64,000 nucleotides of DNA from the human T2T-CHM13v2.0 reference genome, Homo sapiens, in assembly GCF_009914755.1 (NCBI RefSeq), contig NC_060931.1; one strand, 5' to 3'. Within the stretch, counting starts at the first letter, position 1, and each line of letters starts with the position of its first letter. The notes under the pieces were generated by a model. The model made no database searches, was not told the origin of the DNA, and saw nothing but the letters and a program-made list of their open reading frames with translations. Shown here piece by piece: positions 14,225-29,649 of the stretch. The translations under genes were made by a program, and so were the position numbers.

Positions 14225-14395
14225 TGTCTCAAAGTTTCCAAACTTGCCTGATCATGAAGTTCTTCTGAGAAACTCTTTAAAATGGACGTTCAGAGCCCCT
14301 CCCCTGGAGAGGCTGATGCATCTGGGTGGGGGAAGAAATTCATATATCTAACTGTTTCCCCAGGTGGTTCTTATGATCAGGCAGGAATAGGAAAA
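14225..14395. mobile_element. MER5A1-like hAT MITE
   Basis: TTTCCAAACTTGCCTGATCAT at the left end and ATGATCAGGCAGGAATAGGAAA at the right end form subterminal inverted repeats. Confidence 0.6.
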
Positions 14396-15334
14396 AGCGC
14401 ATCAGCTGATCTGCCCATTTTGCTGATTGGGGGAATGTGTATTCATGCAAGTCAACCACCAAAATTACATTTTGTCTAAGTCACAGCGTGCTCAAATTCA
14501 GTAATTGTTCCCTCAGACTTAGCAGTGGGTTGAAGCCTGCAGGGCTGAAAAGTTAATTACAGTGAAGGTTGAGAAGGTAACTTGGCCACACAGCCCTTTG
14601 TGGCAGGATTATATTTCACAGAGTTAATCTCTGTGTTTTCAGAGTAATTCCTTCCCTCACTGTTTCTCACTCATGCACTGAGGGGCTCTTTTCTTCCCTC
14701 CCACACTCTTCCCTCCTTCCTTCCCTCCATCCAGCCAACACCAAAGCAGAAACAAAGACTGAAAGAAGCTTCGGCTTCAGTGTCAGACAATAGGGCTGGA
14801 AGATATACTTGCCAAGATAGGGTCGGCCTAGAAGGAAGTAAGTAAGGAGAAAACAGAAACTAAAGGGAGATAAGAGGACAGAGTGGCAGGCGAGGGGCCA
14901 CAGAATAGGAAGGGAGGGGAGAACTTCTATCTCAGGACTAGGAAGTGGGGATTCAGCACTGATCTGGAGTATAGGTACTCTGCTGACCTGCTGTCTAATA
15001 GTCCTTCCACTTAGGAGGAGAGATGACTCAACACTTTGTGCAGAGATGACACTGTGATGGAAGGACATCACCCTTGATTTGCATGGCCTGTTGAGAACCG
15101 ATCTTTGAGAACTGAAGTGTACAGTTGAAACATAAGCTCAGAAAACTAAATCCTTACCTTTTGGCAAAAATTTTTTAGCCCCTTTGATAATATCTTCATC
15201 ATTATTGAGTCAAGCTCATTTCTCTCTTCTTTCTACACTAAGGCCAGACCATAAAAGCACATATAAGTATGTCCAAAGCTTTTGAATTTGTCAATTCTTA
15301 TTTCTAATGAAAAATAATAAATGTCATTCTCATG

Positions 15335-16480
<1,146 letters not shown>

Positions 16481-16903
16481 TATGTTCGACTTGTAATTGG
16501 CCCCAGAACATGATTAGATAGGACTCAAATTAAGGGTTTACAGATAACAAGGCGTGATTGGGGTAGGGTTTGAGGAAAATAAACTTCTACTTGTAAGGCA
16601 GCTGCCCCAGGTTAGGCTATTAAATGGTCTAACAGGGAGTCTGCTAGAACCAGGAAAACATAGTATGCAGAGCTTCATCTCTGCATGAGAAAGGAGAGTA
16701 AAAAAAGGTGACTTTGAAGCTGGAGACAATAGTTTATGAACTGGCCAATGATTGAGGCCGTGAATCTTTCTTCCCTAGCTTGTGGGAGCCTTTTGAAAGC
16801 AGTACTGCACCTTGCTCTAGCATTTTGAAAAGTGACCTCAGTGTAAAGAAATTGTGATGTGCTCTCTCTGTAACAGATGTATGTTTTTAAAACTGAATCT
16901 GTT

Positions 16904-17166
16904 TGACCGGGCATGGTGGCTCACGCTTGTAATCCCAGCACTTTGGGAAGCCGAGGCTGGTGGAGCACGAGGTCTCCTGGCTAGCACGGTGAAAACCTGT
17001 CTCTACTAAAAATACAAAAAATTAACCTGGCATGGTGGCGGGCGCCTGTAGTCCCAGCTACTCAGGAGGCTGAGGCAGGAGAATGGTGTGAACCCGGGAG
17101 GCGGAGCAGTGAGCCAAGATCACGCCACTGCACTCCAGCCTGGACGTCAGAGTCAAAAAAAAAAAA
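16904..17166 (+). mobile_element. AluY-like SINE with several short deletions
   Basis: CCTGGCTAGCACGGTGAAA, AGAATGGTGTGAACCCGGG; TSD AAAACTGAATCTGTTT / AAAATTGAATTTGTTT. Confidence 0.9.
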
Positions 17167-17379
17167 TTGAATTTGTTTTTCTTTTTTAATGTAGAAATCA
17201 TTTTGGAAGAGAAAAGGTCATGTTAGTTCTGGACCAACACCCTAATGTCTGTGTGTTTGTGGGACAAATAGTTTGCAATTGAATAGGAAACAATGGGAAG
17301 TTGTCCTGAGTCTGACAGATATGAATGAGGTAAAGAATCTGACTACTGTACTCCAGAATCTTCAGCCAGGCCCCATCCT

Positions 17380-18010
17380 ACCTTCACCGCCTGTTTCACA
17401 TTTTCATGAATCTTTCTCATACTCTCCTGGTCAAAATCAATATATTCCTCCCCTCTATTCAATAACATGGTGTATGCTCTCCTTGTCCTGTATCAGTAAC
17501 ATGTATACATAAATGTCATGTGTGTGTCTCACCAAAATAATAGAAAGTTATAGGTAATTTTATTGACCCAGCTACTCCACAGGAATGACAGACTGGGCCC
17601 TTTGTAGCTTAACGCCGTGTCCTCTGATGCTACCTTTGCCATACTCAGTCATCTGAGCCTTCCAATATCCTATTTCTTCTTCTCAGGACTTGCTACTTTT
17701 ACTGGTGGCACCATGACTCCTTATCTTTCAAAAGACTGAGTTTAAATGTCATTTCCTCTAGGGTGCTTTTCCTTACTGCCCCCTAGACACACCCTACCCA
17801 TGTCCTCACCCCAGGTGGGTTACGTGTTCTCACTATGTGGGCTCATTAAACCATTTACTCATCTTCTACTCTTATTACAGCATTCATTATCTTTTATTTA
17901 TTTGCTTTTTTGGCTGTTGTTCCTGCTAGTCCATATGACATGACATCACTCACAGAGGAGGAATGCAATTGGTATTTAAAAGACAATTGTCAAATAAATG
18001 TTAAAAAATG
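17380..18010 (+). mobile_element. L2 3' fragments
   Basis: TCTTTCAAAAGACTGAGTTTAAATGTCATTTCCTCTAGG and terminal ATGAATGAA are L2-like. Confidence 0.5.
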
Positions 18011-18016
18011 AATGAA

Positions 18017-18336
18017 GGCCGGGCACGGTGGCTCACGCCTGTAATCCCAGCACTTTGGGAGGCCGAGGTGGACAGATCACCTGAGGTCGGGAGTTTGAGA
18101 TCAGCCTGATCCACACGGAGAAACCCCATCTCTACTAAAAATACAAAATTAGCCGGGCTTGGTGGTGCATGCCTATAATCCCAGCCACTTGGGAAGGCTG
18201 AGGCAGGAGAATCCGCTTGAACCTGGGTGGTGGAGGTTGTGGTGAGCCGAGACATGCCATTGCATCCCAGCCTGGGCAAGAAGAGCAGAACTCTGTCTCA
18301 AAAAAATAAATAAATAAAAATAAAAATAAAAAATAA
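18017..18336 (+). mobile_element. AluSp-like SINE
   Basis: GAGGTCGGGAGTTTGAGA, CGGAGAAACCCC, (AAATA)n tail. Confidence 0.93.
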
Positions 18337-18369
18337 ATGAAAATCTAGATTTGATGTTTGATTTGTCAT

Positions 18370-19770
18370 TTCAGTCTGGCGTGTAAAGAAAGCTGCCTTA
18401 TAGGCAGATCCTTATAAAAGAGCTAGATGAGATAAGGGAATAATATTTTGAAATCAAACAGATGATTAACTTAAAATGAGATAGAATCAGTAACAAAATA
18501 ACCACCACTCCATGAAGTCAAATCAGTGTTATGGAGGACAATCTTGAAAAGTTCTCCAGAATGTACTGAGACAAAAGTAAAAATATGAGAAAATTATAGG
18601 ACGGAAAATGCAATTTGAAAAATAGTATGATATCAATATATTGCATATGACCAAAGAAACAGAAAAAAATTAATTCCTTTGGGGAGAACAGAATATTAGG
18701 TGAGTTTATAAATGAATAAATGATTTTTTAAAAATTTTACATGCCTCTGTTATACAGAATCCAGAAAGAACAAAAACAAGCATGAGTAAATTAATGATAT
18801 ATGTAAGAATATCACCCAGAACGTAATATGGAGATACAACAGGATGGAAAACAGAGAGAAATTCAGAAATATGGAAGATATAATGATGATATAAAACATA
18901 TGTCTGAAAGAAGAGATGAAATAGAATAAGGGAAAGACAATGTTTCAAAAGGCAATAATTCAAAAGAACTTTCCAAAATTTAGGAAAAACTGTAAATCAT
19001 CAGATTGAAAAATTTATCAAGTCTTAGACAGATTAAATTTCTACAATATACATGTGGCATATAATTTTATAACTATAAAGTCTTAAATCCAGAAAGTAAA
19101 TGGTATAGTGTCTACAAATATATCACAATTAGACTGAAAGCAGATGTTTTGTCAGCAACAATAAATAAAAGCAGGCTCTCAAAATAAATGAATGAACAAA
19201 TGAAAATAGAAGCTGTGAATATACCTCAATAAAGACAAAAGAAAACTCAAACCTATGGAGAAAAAAGTAGTGTGTGTAAAATTGATAAAATATTTTAGAA
19301 AATTTAATTATGTATTGCATATAAAAATTAAAACATCATTATTAACTTTACTTATGAGACCTCAGTGGTATTATGGTATGGCTTATTCCTGAAGAGGAAC
19401 AGTAACTGAAAAACTGCAGCCTTTATTAGAAAATAATGAAAGCTAAATATTTGTATTAAATTTACCATTAAAAGCTACAATTATAAAAATTAAAGCATAA
19501 AAATAAATGAATTAAATTCTAAATTGTAAAAGCTGGAGAAAGAAAGACTAATAAAGCAAACCAAAACAAAGCAGTTGGAAGGATATGTAAATACAAAAGT
19601 GGAAAATCATAAATTAGAAAATAGGAAAACAACAGGTATAATAAATCTATATGCTATGTTTTAACAAACAATAGAAAATGACTAGATAATCTAATCCAGA
19701 AAAAAGGAGATAGCACAAAAGAATGAAAGATAGAGGAAATAAAAATTAGAAGAGAACATTAAAATCATGA
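18370..19770 (+). mobile_element. Very old L1M fragments
   Basis: A-rich ORF1/ORF2-like relics (AAATCATCAGATTGAAAA; AAATACAAAAGTGGAAAATCATAAATTAGAAA). Confidence 0.45.
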
Positions 19771-20164
19771 GCAATTTTTACATCTGGGAAGATAGAATAG
19801 ATATACTTTTTCCTATTCTTCCTACTCAGTCCAGCTAAAAATCCTAGTTATCATATATAAAGCAAACATAGGAAGAATCTGGACAGTGGAGAGAAGATAA
19901 AATGGCTAGGGACCTTGGGACCCAAGCAACAACAAAGTGGTGCATTCCCCAGGTTGCGTTTGCTTCATATATCCGAGATTTTGAGCTGGAGAAATTGGCA
20001 ACGAAGAAATGCCAAGGAGTGTGAAGAGAAAAAGTACTAACAAAACCTGCTCTCTCTAGCCAGAGGACTAGGGACAACTTAGCCTAGACAGAAAACCTTA
20101 GACAATAACCATTCTACCTTAACCAAATACTACAGAAAACAACTGTGGTCCCACCTTTGCCAGT

Positions 20165-20572
20165 TGTATTAGTCTGTTTGCATTGCTATACAAGAATACC
20201 TGAGACTGGGTAATTTATAAAGAAAAGAGGTTTATTTGGCTTATGGTTCTGCAGGCTGAAGAAGCATGGCACCATCATCTTCTCAGCTTCTGGTGAGGCC
20301 GCAGGAAGCTTACAATGATTGGAGGGGTGAAGGGGCAGTAGATATGTCACATGGTGAGAGAGGGAGCAAAACAGAGAGGAGGAGGTGTCAGTCTCCTTTT
20401 AACAACTAGCTCTCACAAGAACTCATAGAGTGAGAACTCATTCATCACCAAGGGGAAGGCACCAAACCATCTGCCTACATGACCTGAACACCTCCCACTA
20501 GACCCCACCTTCAATACTGGGGATTGCGTTTTAACATGAGATTTGGAGGAGATACACATCCAAATCACATTA
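20165..20572 (-). mobile_element. MST (MSTA/B) MaLR solo LTR inside the L1 5'UTR
   Basis: TGTATTAGTCTGTTT...AATACCTGAGACTGGGTAATTTATAAAGAAAAGAGG...CATCCAAATCACATTA; TSD CCAGT/CCAGC. Confidence 0.88.
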
Positions 20573-22557
20573 CCAGCAAAGGCAGTGATAGGGGTGTAGA
20601 TTTTCACCCACATCAGGCACTCACAAGGCATTCCTAACACTCCATGGGGTGCTGTCAGAGAAGGCCAAGAAGGGAGCTGAAATTTTCATTTCTGAAGAGT
20701 GGTCATGGGACTCCCTTCCTTGAGGTATCAGTGGAAACCATGTGGGAAACCCAGACACCCACCCAGCAGGCACTAACAAAGTGCCATTCCCACTCTATGC
20801 TGCAGCAGTGTCAGAGAAGGGCTAGTGGGGAGTCAGGACTGCCACCATCACCCAACAGTAGAGAAGCCACCCTCTACCACCACTCCTGTGGTGTCAGTGG
20901 AAGACATATGATAGCAGAAATTAGGCACTCCTACTCCATCCAGCCATAAAGGTTTTAATGGAAACCTAGTGAGGAGCCAGAAATCCCATCCCCAGCCACC
21001 CAGCTGTAATAAGGAGTCATTCCCTCAGGTGTCAAAGGAGAGTGAATGGAGAACCTGGACGTCCACCATCTATCTGGAAGTAGTGAGGTAGCACCTTCCT
21101 GCCTTATTCTGCTAAGTTACTCAGCTAAAACAGAAGATTTAAATAAGATGTAGATTCTCAGAACATAATACACAAGATGTCCAGGTTCTGATTTTTAAAA
21201 TCACAACAACCAGGAAGATATCAAACTGAGTGAAAAAGAAAATCAATAGATGCCACACAAGATGACAGAGATGTTACAGTTATTTGACAAAGATTTTAAA
21301 CAAAAATCCCTTAATAGGCAATTATTAGCACATTTGAAATAAAATGAAATTTGAAATTTAAAAAATGGAAAGAAATGAAAGATAAAAATGAGAACTAAAA
21401 GGAAATTTCAGAACTGAAAAACGTAATAACTAAAATTTAAAAAATCAATAAATGGGCTCAATAACCATTCATTCTGAACAACAGAGAAAAGAGACTGAGG
21501 CGGAAAAAAGAACAGAGCCTTTAGGAAGCTATGGGATCATAATAAAAGGTCTTAAACGTTGCTATGATTAGAGTCCTGAAAGAAAAGAAGAAGTAAGCAG
21601 AGCTGAAAAAGTACTCAAAGAAACAACAGCTGGAAGCATCACATAAATATGTACAATTATTATGTGTCAATTAAAATCAAATAGAAAGTTTAAAAAATTT
21701 TAACTTAAAACAAGTACTTTTTTCATTAAAAAAGGAAATAATCGCTGAAAACTTTCAAAATTTGGCAAAACTATAACTCTACAGATTCCAGTGCTGAGTG
21801 AACCTCAGAGGATGAACTAAAAGAAATTCATGCCAAGATATACTGTAGTCAAACTTCTGAAAATTAAAGACAAAGTCTTAAAAGCAGTAAGAGATAAATG
21901 ACAACTTACCTAAAGAAAAAGCAATTCAAATGACAGCAGATTTCCATCAGAAACCATGGAGGCCAAGAGAAAGAGACACAACATTTTTCAAGAGCTGAAA
22001 GAAAAGAGCTCTCAACCTAGATATCTCCATCCAGTGACAATATCCCCTTCAGGAATGAAGCAAAAATTAAGACATTGCCATATGAAGGTAAGCTAAGAGA
22101 TGTTGTTGTCAGCCGAGTTATCCTAACTCCCCACTAGCCCTTCTCTCACATGAACTCATGGAGTGAGAACCCATTCATCACCAAGGGAAGGCACCAAAGC
22201 ATTTGTAAAGGATCTGCCCCATGGATCCTTTGAAGGAGTAACTTTGAAACACCAGGAAAGAAGAAAGACCACAGTAAGTAAAAATATAAATACATTAAGT
22301 TTTCTTAACAATGTTTGATGGTGGAATCAAGCATGATAACACTGATGTGGTTTTAAATGTATGCAAAGGAAATATTTAAGGCAATTTTGTGATAAATAAG
22401 GGAGGGTAAACATATGTAAAGAGAATTGACTTCTATACTTCACTCAATGTGGTTAAAAATGACATCAATAGATTATGATATGCATATAAAATGTAATACT
22501 TGGATCAACCACTATAAAACTGTACAAAGAGATATACTAAACAGCAATATAGATAAA

Positions 22558-22899
22558 TGTCTTAATCCATATGTGATACTATACAAAATACCATAGATTA
22601 AGTGGTTTATAAACAATAGAAATTTACTTCTTACCGTTCTGGAGACTAGAAAGTCCAAGATCAAGTCACTGGCAGATTTGGTGTGTAGTGAGGGCCAACC
22701 TCCTCATAACTTCTCAGCAAGGAAGGAACAGAGGGTATCTCTTGAATCTCTTTTAGAAGAACACTAGTACTATTCATGAGGGCTCCAGACTTATGACTTA
22801 GTTATCTCCCAAAGATGTCACTCCCTAATGCCATTGTCTTCAAGTGAGGATTTCAATACATGAATTTGGCCAAGGGACATAAACATTCAGACCATAGAA
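22558..22899 (-). mobile_element. MLT1A/MSTC-D-type MaLR solo LTR
   Basis: TGTCTTAATCCA...GAAAGTCCAAGATCAAG...AAACATTCAGACCATAGAA; TSD ATAAA/ATAAA. Confidence 0.82.
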
Positions 22900-25779
22900 A
22901 TAAATAAAAATTAAATTCTTAAAAATTTTCAAGTAACCCACAAGAAGTCAGAAAAAAAAGAAAACAAGAAATACTAAACAAAAAGAACAAAAAAAAACCA
23001 AAAAAATATAAAATGTCACACTGAAGCTCTCATACACCAATAATTACATTAAATGCAAATGATCCAAATATGTCAATTGAAAAATGGAGGTTGGCAGGGT
23101 GGACTGAAAAACATGTCCCAACTGTTTGCTGTCTACAAGAAATTCATTTCAAGTGTAAGAATATAGGCATGCTGAAAGTAAAAGCACAGAAAAAGATGTT
23201 GTGCAAATGTTAATTAAAGAAAAAGCAGAGTTAGCTGTATTAATGTTAGATAAAGTAGACTTCAAAGCAAAGAAAATTGCCAGAGACAGAGAAGAACATT
23301 TCAAAATGATAGAAGGGTCAGTCCACCAAGAAGACATAGCAATCCTAAATGTAGGTACATCAAAACAAATAAACAAGCAAACAGAAAAAAAACTGATAGC
23401 GCTGAAATGAGAAATAGATGACTCCACAATAATTATTTGAAACTTCAGCACTCATCTCTTAAAAATTGAAAAGTAAATAAATAAATGAAGCTAGCAGGGA
23501 TATAGAATAACACCATCATCCAAAAGTATGTAATCAACATTTATAGAAAATTGCACCCAACAACATTAGCATACACATTCTATTCAAGTGCAGAAGGCAC
23601 ATTTATCAAAATAGACTATATTCCAGACTATAAGACGAACCTCAATAAATTTAAAAGAATTAAGATCATACAGAGTGTTTTCTCTGACCACGTTAAAAAT
23701 AAAACTAGAAATTAATAACAGAAAGATAATAGGAAAATCTCCAAAGCCTTGGAAACTAAATAACACACTTCAAAACAATTCATGAATAAAAGAGGAATTC
23801 TCAAAGGAAATTTTTAAAATGCATTAAAATAAATGAAAATGAAAATGCACCATATCAAAAATTGTGGGACACAGCTAATGTAGTACTGAGGAGGAAATGT
23901 ATAGGTTAATTGCTTATGTTAGAAAAATTTCAAATCAACAATCTAAGTTCCCAATTCAGGAACCTACATTAAGAGCAAAAAAGGAAGAGCAAAATAAACC
24001 CAGGTCAAGCAAAAGGAAGGAAATAATAAGGACAAGAGCAGAATCCAATGAAATTGAAAACAGGAAAGCAATAGGAAACATAGAAAGCAATAGAAAACAT
24101 CTTTACGTAGGTTGTATTCATAACAGCTTTTAATTGGAAACAACTCAGATGTCCTCCAATGGGTAAATGGTTAAACAAACTAGGGTACATCCATATCATA
24201 GAATATTACTTAGCAATAGAAAGGAATCAACTCGATACATAACAATAGCTTAATGAATCTGAAGAGACTTATGCTGAGTTTTCATCGAACAGGAGAGTCA
24301 ATATTGTTAATATATCAATTCTCCCCAAATTACTCTGTAGATCCAATGCATTCCTAAACATAACCCTAGCAGGCTTTTTGTTGTTGTTTGAACTTAACAA
24401 GATATTATGTCATTTATGTGGAAATGCAAACAATGTAGAATAAACAAAACAATTTTGAAAAAGAATAACAAATTTAAATATTCACACCTTCTAATTTCAA
24501 GGCTACAGTAACTCAGACACTGTGATTTGTATGAAGATATACATATAGATCAATGGAGCAAAACAGAGATCCAAAAAGAGATCCACACACAAATAGCAAA
24601 TTGATTTTTGACAAAGACGCCAAAACAATTCAATGTGGAAAGAATAATCCTTTTAATAAATGGTACTGGATATTTGAATATCCATACTCAAATAAAAGAA
24701 TCTCAATCTATAAAAACCTTATTGATCTAAGGTTAAGCAAAGATTTTTTAAATAGAAATACAAAATGCACAAACAATAAAAGAAAAAGATTAAGTACAAT
24801 TTATGAAACTACAAATTTGGGCTCTTTAAAAATTGGTCTTAAGAAAGTGAAAAATAAACCACAGAATAGGAGAAATTATTTTCAAAACCTATATTTGACA
24901 AATGTTCTATATCCAAAATACGTAAAAAGTCTTACAAATCAATAATAACTACTCAACCAACTCAATTAAAACGGGTAACGATTTACATAGACACGTAAGC
25001 AAAGAAGATCCAGGGATGGCTAATGAGCACCTAAAAAGAAGTTCAACATCCTTAGTAACTGGGAAAATGAAAATTAAAACTGCAGTGGGATATGACTACA
25101 GCATATTATGACGGCTCAAATTTTTAAAATCTAACAAGACCGAGTGAAGTGAGAATGCTAAGCAACTGGAAGTTCCATAGATTGCTGGTGAGAATGCAAA
25201 ACTGTACAGGCATTCTGAAAAAATCTGGCTGTTTCTTATAAAGTTATAAATATGCTTACTATATAATCTAGCAACCCACTCTAGGCATTCACCCAAGAAA
25301 AATGAAAATTTGTATTCACACAAAAAAATCTGCACACAAATGTTCATAGCAACTTTAATAGTCATCCAAATTGGAAACTACACAAGTACACCAAACAAAC
25401 TTTTGTACATCCCTACAGTGGAATACCACTCAGCAATAAAAAGGAAGGCAAACAACAGCTCAGTGAAACAACAGGGACTCATGTTAAAAGCATTGTGTTA
25501 AGTGAAAGAAGCCAAACCGAAATAGTGTGGACAGTATCATGTCATTTATACGAAATTCTAAAAAAGAAAACACTATCGTAGTAGAAATCAAATCAGTGTT
25601 TGCCAGGGGCCAAGGGAAGGGGTAAGGGATTGACTGCCAAGGACATAAAGCAACCTTTTTGGCGTGACGGAAATGTTCTGTATTATGAAGATGAATATAT
25701 TTATTTCAGTCATCAAATTTGCATTTAAAATTTATGAATTTTACTTTAGGTAAATTATACCTCAATAAAGCGAACTCTC

Positions 25780-27430
25780 TCTAAAACAAAACATATAAGC
25801 CAAATTATTCAGTTTTGATCAGATAACCACAGAGGAGAGATATAATTATTTCAAGTAATTTTGTAACACACTCTGACTGCATGTATTTAGTGTTATTTAT
25901 AAAGACAAAAAATCTGCAAAGAAATATTGAACTTTAGTCCATATACTTATTGTTAGCAGTACTATTGGTACTGTAATTTTGAAATTATTTTAGGCATATT
26001 GTAGAATAAAGCAAATAAATATTTAATATTATTAAGAACCAACATTATTCCAGTGTCATAGAAAAAATAGTCCAAGATAAAATGAAAGAAGTTGAGGAAA
26101 AACCCATGCAATGTTAAGTTTGAAATGGAGATATCAATATGAGGTCCTATTTTTAAAAAATATTACTATTAGCTGTAACCCATGAAAAAGCCTAAAAAGA
26201 ATAATACTGCAACAGCAATTAGCACTCCTAATATTCAGATCTTAGTTTTTAAATACAGTTCCCCACTTACAAGGAACCAGTACTTGGAGAAATGGCTCCT
26301 CTAGATCTTTGGATAGAAAAGAGCAAGATGAGCCTGGGACAACTTGTGATAAAAAGCAAGAAAAGGCTCAATGGTTAGGGGGGTCATATTTAAAAAGACA
26401 CAGTGACCACACTGATGTGGCTCCTAAAGGTCACATTTGGGACAACTTAAACATCAAAAAAATATATATAAAGGCTGTAAGTGATTAGAACACTTAAAAT
26501 AATTTTTTAGTCAAACAGTTCATACTAATACTCTAAAAGAATACAAAAAAGAAAAATAGAAAAAGAGAAGGGAGATGTCGTCTTTACAAAAATATCACCT
26601 AACAAATGTAAATAGAATGGTAAAATTTAAAAATTACCATTTTGCAACCCCAAGTACAATTATTCATACACATTTTATTTATATGTCTTATAAAACCATT
26701 AAGGGACAAGTCATCAAGGAACAGAATATGACAAATATTACCCTATCATTTACTAATTAGAAAAAAAAATATATCTTAAAATTGAGAGATCTGTAAACCA
26801 GTTCCTTAACAAGGTGATCAAACTTAGCATAAGTCACTAATAGTTGCTAAGAGTATTACACTTTGACATAATTGGCCCTCTGATGTGACTACAATGGGAC
26901 TGAAAATATCATCTATGAAGTACTATTGCCAAAAATGTTTACTTTGAATCTTATCAAAAAGCCTCTAGACCCAACCAACAATTTACAGAAAATAGACGGA
27001 ACAAATAGTCAAGCTGTTAGCGAAAGAAAAAATAAATAAAGTCATTCTTGGACAATTGGTGGTAATTTAAATATGGATTATGTATTAGATATTACAGAAT
27101 TATTTATAATCTTTTAGGTGTTCCAACATAGACTGACTATGTAGGAAAATTCCCTTATTCTTAGTAGCTGCATGCTGAAGTGTTTAGGGTAAATCTCAGG
27201 CTGTCTGCAACTTTCTTTCATATGATTCATGGGGGGAGATACATACACACACACTCACACACTTGCACACACACACTAAGTGTGTGAGAGTGTATGAGAG
27301 AAAGAATATGTGGCAATATGTTAACCAGTGAGATCTGGATGCAGGTTAATATAGATGTTCATTATTGTATTATTTGTTTAACTTTTCTGTAAGTTTGTTT
27401 TTAAAAAATAAAAAGTGATTAAAAATTGTT
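25780..27430 (+). mobile_element. Old L1MC/ME long 3'UTR fragments with (CA)n
   Basis: ATGGATTATGTATTAGATATT...CATGCTGAAGTGTTTAGGG motifs. Confidence 0.55.
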
Positions 27431-27824
27431 CCAAGGGAAAGCTATACAGATAATTTTTTTCAATTGTAATGCTGAAAAAAAACAGTTTTTATTGCAAAAT
27501 GACTAGCTTGATTATATGTTCTTTCTTTGACAACAGGGAAAAGGAGTTAATCCATTTCTTTCTGACAGTATGTACTTCCTAGCTTCCCCATAACTATCAA
27601 CAATATCACTAATTTTCTTTCTACAAATGTGAAAATTGGTTATTGTTTATAAAATAGAAATGCAAAATATACTTACTATTTTATAATTGTTCTTTAAACA
27701 GAATTAATATGTTTTCATAAACTCCATTGTAAGAATGCTATAATTCTCCACATTTTAAAAAATGTAATGACAGCCACTAAAAGAATAGAAATACAATCTA
27801 TAGATTTGAAATTAATAAAGTGGG

Positions 27825-28276
<452 letters not shown>

Positions 28277-29191
28277 CTAAACCCACAGGCCTTCTGAGCT
28301 CTGGCGTGGAAGCAGGGTCTGAGGGTGCCAATTACCTGAGGCAAAGAGGCCAGAAAGAGAACCATTCAAGACAAGGAATCAGAGAGTCAGACTCAAGACT
28401 TAATGCCTGGAATTAGGGTAGGGCTGCCCTGGCCATGAAAGGGAATGGGGCTAGGGGAGGAGTGATGAGGAATACCCAACAAACTGTGACCAAAAAGCAT
28501 GTGGTTACAGCTTTTAGGAAGCTACGGGCATAAGGAAATTGGAGGACACAGAAGTAGCCTCCTAAACAAAAATGGAAACCAACCACCCGCTGGCTCACAC
28601 CTGAATCTGCATTGTCTCTATCACAGAAGAAATTAAGAGCTCACTATATTATGTAAACCTAGTGAGAGAGAGAGAGACCTTTCCACCCAAAATGAGTCTG
28701 CAAACTAAATTCCAAAACATAAGAAAGAAAGAGAGTGAACAAAGTCAATAATCGTAATTTTTTAATGAAAGTTTTAAAATCAGTGGGTTTCAAATGTACA
28801 TGAAAAAGTAATAGCATTTATTAGAAACAAACAAAAATAATGAAACAGTTACATATGAAACTGAAAACGACAGTTTTGAGATAGAATGAAATATTTCAGA
28901 AATGCAATATAAAGTCAATGAAGTAATGTAACATGGTAAATTAGAAAAATGGAAGATGGTACTGAGGAAGTTCCACATGCAGTACAGAAATAAAATAATA
29001 ACATGTTCAAATGAAAGAGCAATTATGATACATACAGAAGAGACTGAGAAGTTCCAATACATACATAGTAGGTGTTGAAAAGATTGAACGGAGCAGTAGA
29101 GATAAGTTACATATTTTAAAGTTTGCAATATTCAGTAGAGATAAATGGATACATCATAGAATAATAAAATAAAGAATCTATTAAGACTATA

Positions 29192-29636
<445 letters not shown>

Positions 29637-29649
29637 CTACAAACCAACA

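Larger units (their letters stand above)
19780..25775 (+). mobile_element. Long, internally deleted L1MC/MD-type element: 5'UTR, ORF1 (about 21150-22130), ORF2 EN (about 23030-24090), ORF2 C-terminus and 3'UTR
   Basis: EN translation AVLMLDKVDFKAKKIARDREEHFKMIEGSVHQEDIAILNV; later LIFDKDAKTIQ; 3' end AAATTATACCTCAATAAAG. Confidence 0.8.

Noticed and set aside
14667-15071. 134-aa ORF on -
   Set aside because: Non-ATG start, low-complexity antisense of a purine-rich stretch, no recognisable domain
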